Source: an uncultured Chloroflexia bacterium
GTDB lineage: Bacteria > Chloroflexota > Anaerolineae > B4-G1 > SLSP01
Length of the DNA stretch: 64,000 nucleotides
Assembly (NCBI GenBank): GCA_963751345.1
Contig: CAVVUS010000040.1
Location: 1-64,000 of the forward strand
Direction: 5' to 3'
Shown: one piece after another, positions 63,118 through 64,000 of the stretch
Layout of the letters: each line of letters opens with the position of its first letter
Numbering within the stretch: the first letter of the stretch is position 1
The notes under the pieces: generated by a model
Databases searched by the model: none
Told to the model about the DNA's origin: nothing
The model's input: the letters and a program-made list of their open reading frames with translations, nothing else
Made by a program: the position numbers and the translations under genes

Positions 63118-64000
63118 TCAGTTCGCGGCCGCTGGTTCTGGTGCCGACCATAGCAGATTACCAGTGGCGAAATCGAAGGCCTGAATACGTTCCTGGACCA
63201 AGATGGGCATGGTGTACAGCCGTTGTTCGTCTGCCACAAGGTCACCTGGTAGACGCCCCGGATTGTCGGGATGCGTTCCCCAGTTCTGATCCAGTGTGCC
63301 CGTCGCCGTATCTGATCGCGTAAACGAGACCTTTTTCATAGCCCGCGACGTATAACAAGGTGCCGTCGGGGTTCAACGCGGCGCGACCATGAACGACGTC
63401 TCCCACTGCAACCGGTGCATTCCAGACCATCGTCTGCGTCGCGACATCGACTGCATAGACGTTACCGCTCACATCAGCAAAATAGAGCACGCCGTTGTCC
63501 AGCACCGGCGTCGCCCAGAGCCAATCACTGGCATCGAAGGTCCACGCGATCTCGTGCTTGGCAATGTCGACGCGATAGAGATGGGAGGCAAAGTCGCCCA
63601 GCCAGAGATCACCGTCGGCGTAGACCGGCGTCATGGCGATGGCGCCATCGAACTCCAAGCGCCAAAGCTCAGCCCCGGTCGCCATGTCGAGAGCATAGAG
63701 ACGGTGGTCCAGGGAGGCGACATAGGCAACACCGTCGATGACAACGGGGGTCGCCCACACACGGTCGTGTGTTGCGAATTGCCAGACCTCGGTCCCGTCC
63801 TCCAGGTTGAGTGCGTAGACTTTCCCATCACCGTTGCCGATGACAAAAAGCCCGTTGGCCACCGCGCCGGAGCCCACATACTGGCCGCCCGCCCCTGGGA
63901 AACTCCACAGCTCATCGGGGACCTCGGTTGCCGAGGTTCCAAGCTTGAGCGCATAGACAGTGTGGTCTGAAAACCCGGCGACCAACAGTAATCCGTTGTC
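63118..64000 (-). CDS. PQQ-like beta-propeller repeat protein (5'-partial, frameshift near 63315)
   Basis: Repeated ATPV....YVAS.D..LYAL...TG...W units; runs off the window end. Confidence 0.8.

Overview
GC-rich bacterial chromosome segment, probably Chloroflexota/Anaerolineae. This is inferred from the fused glyQS, a C-terminal 'YLP' motif on a secreted protein, a GAAC-N4-GTTC SOS box and REP-like palindromes. From left to right it holds: three tandem near-consensus sigma70 promoters firing out of the window; recJ; apgM; a DNA-repair block (degenerate SF1 helicase, M14 peptidase, active SF1A helicase, stand-alone Fe-S PD-(D/E)XK nuclease) with a LexA-like box at its promoter; a divergent rare-sugar catabolic cluster; citrate synthase-aconitase-isocitrate dehydrogenase-guaB behind a leader-peptide attenuator; a secreted beta-helix protein; kdgK-eda-URO-D; ppgK; an RRM protein; pyrG; recO-glyQS-nitrilase-HAD-DUF2156; ligA; mtnP; a SEDS-pseudo-PBP fusion; a response regulator with a NACHT/HEAT protein; and parA-pfkB-jag-yidC-PQQ-repeat. 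Many genes, including essential ones, carry small frameshifts, best explained as long-read sequencing or assembly errors. No tRNA, rRNA, CRISPR array or transposase was seen. The best candidates for novelty are (1) a tripartite 'split AddAB' end-resection machine next to RecJ, (2) a ribosome-mediated attenuator with a Pro/Gln/Arg-rich leader peptide controlling the 2-oxoglutarate branch, and (3) a SEDS glycosyltransferase fused to a catalytically dead transpeptidase.
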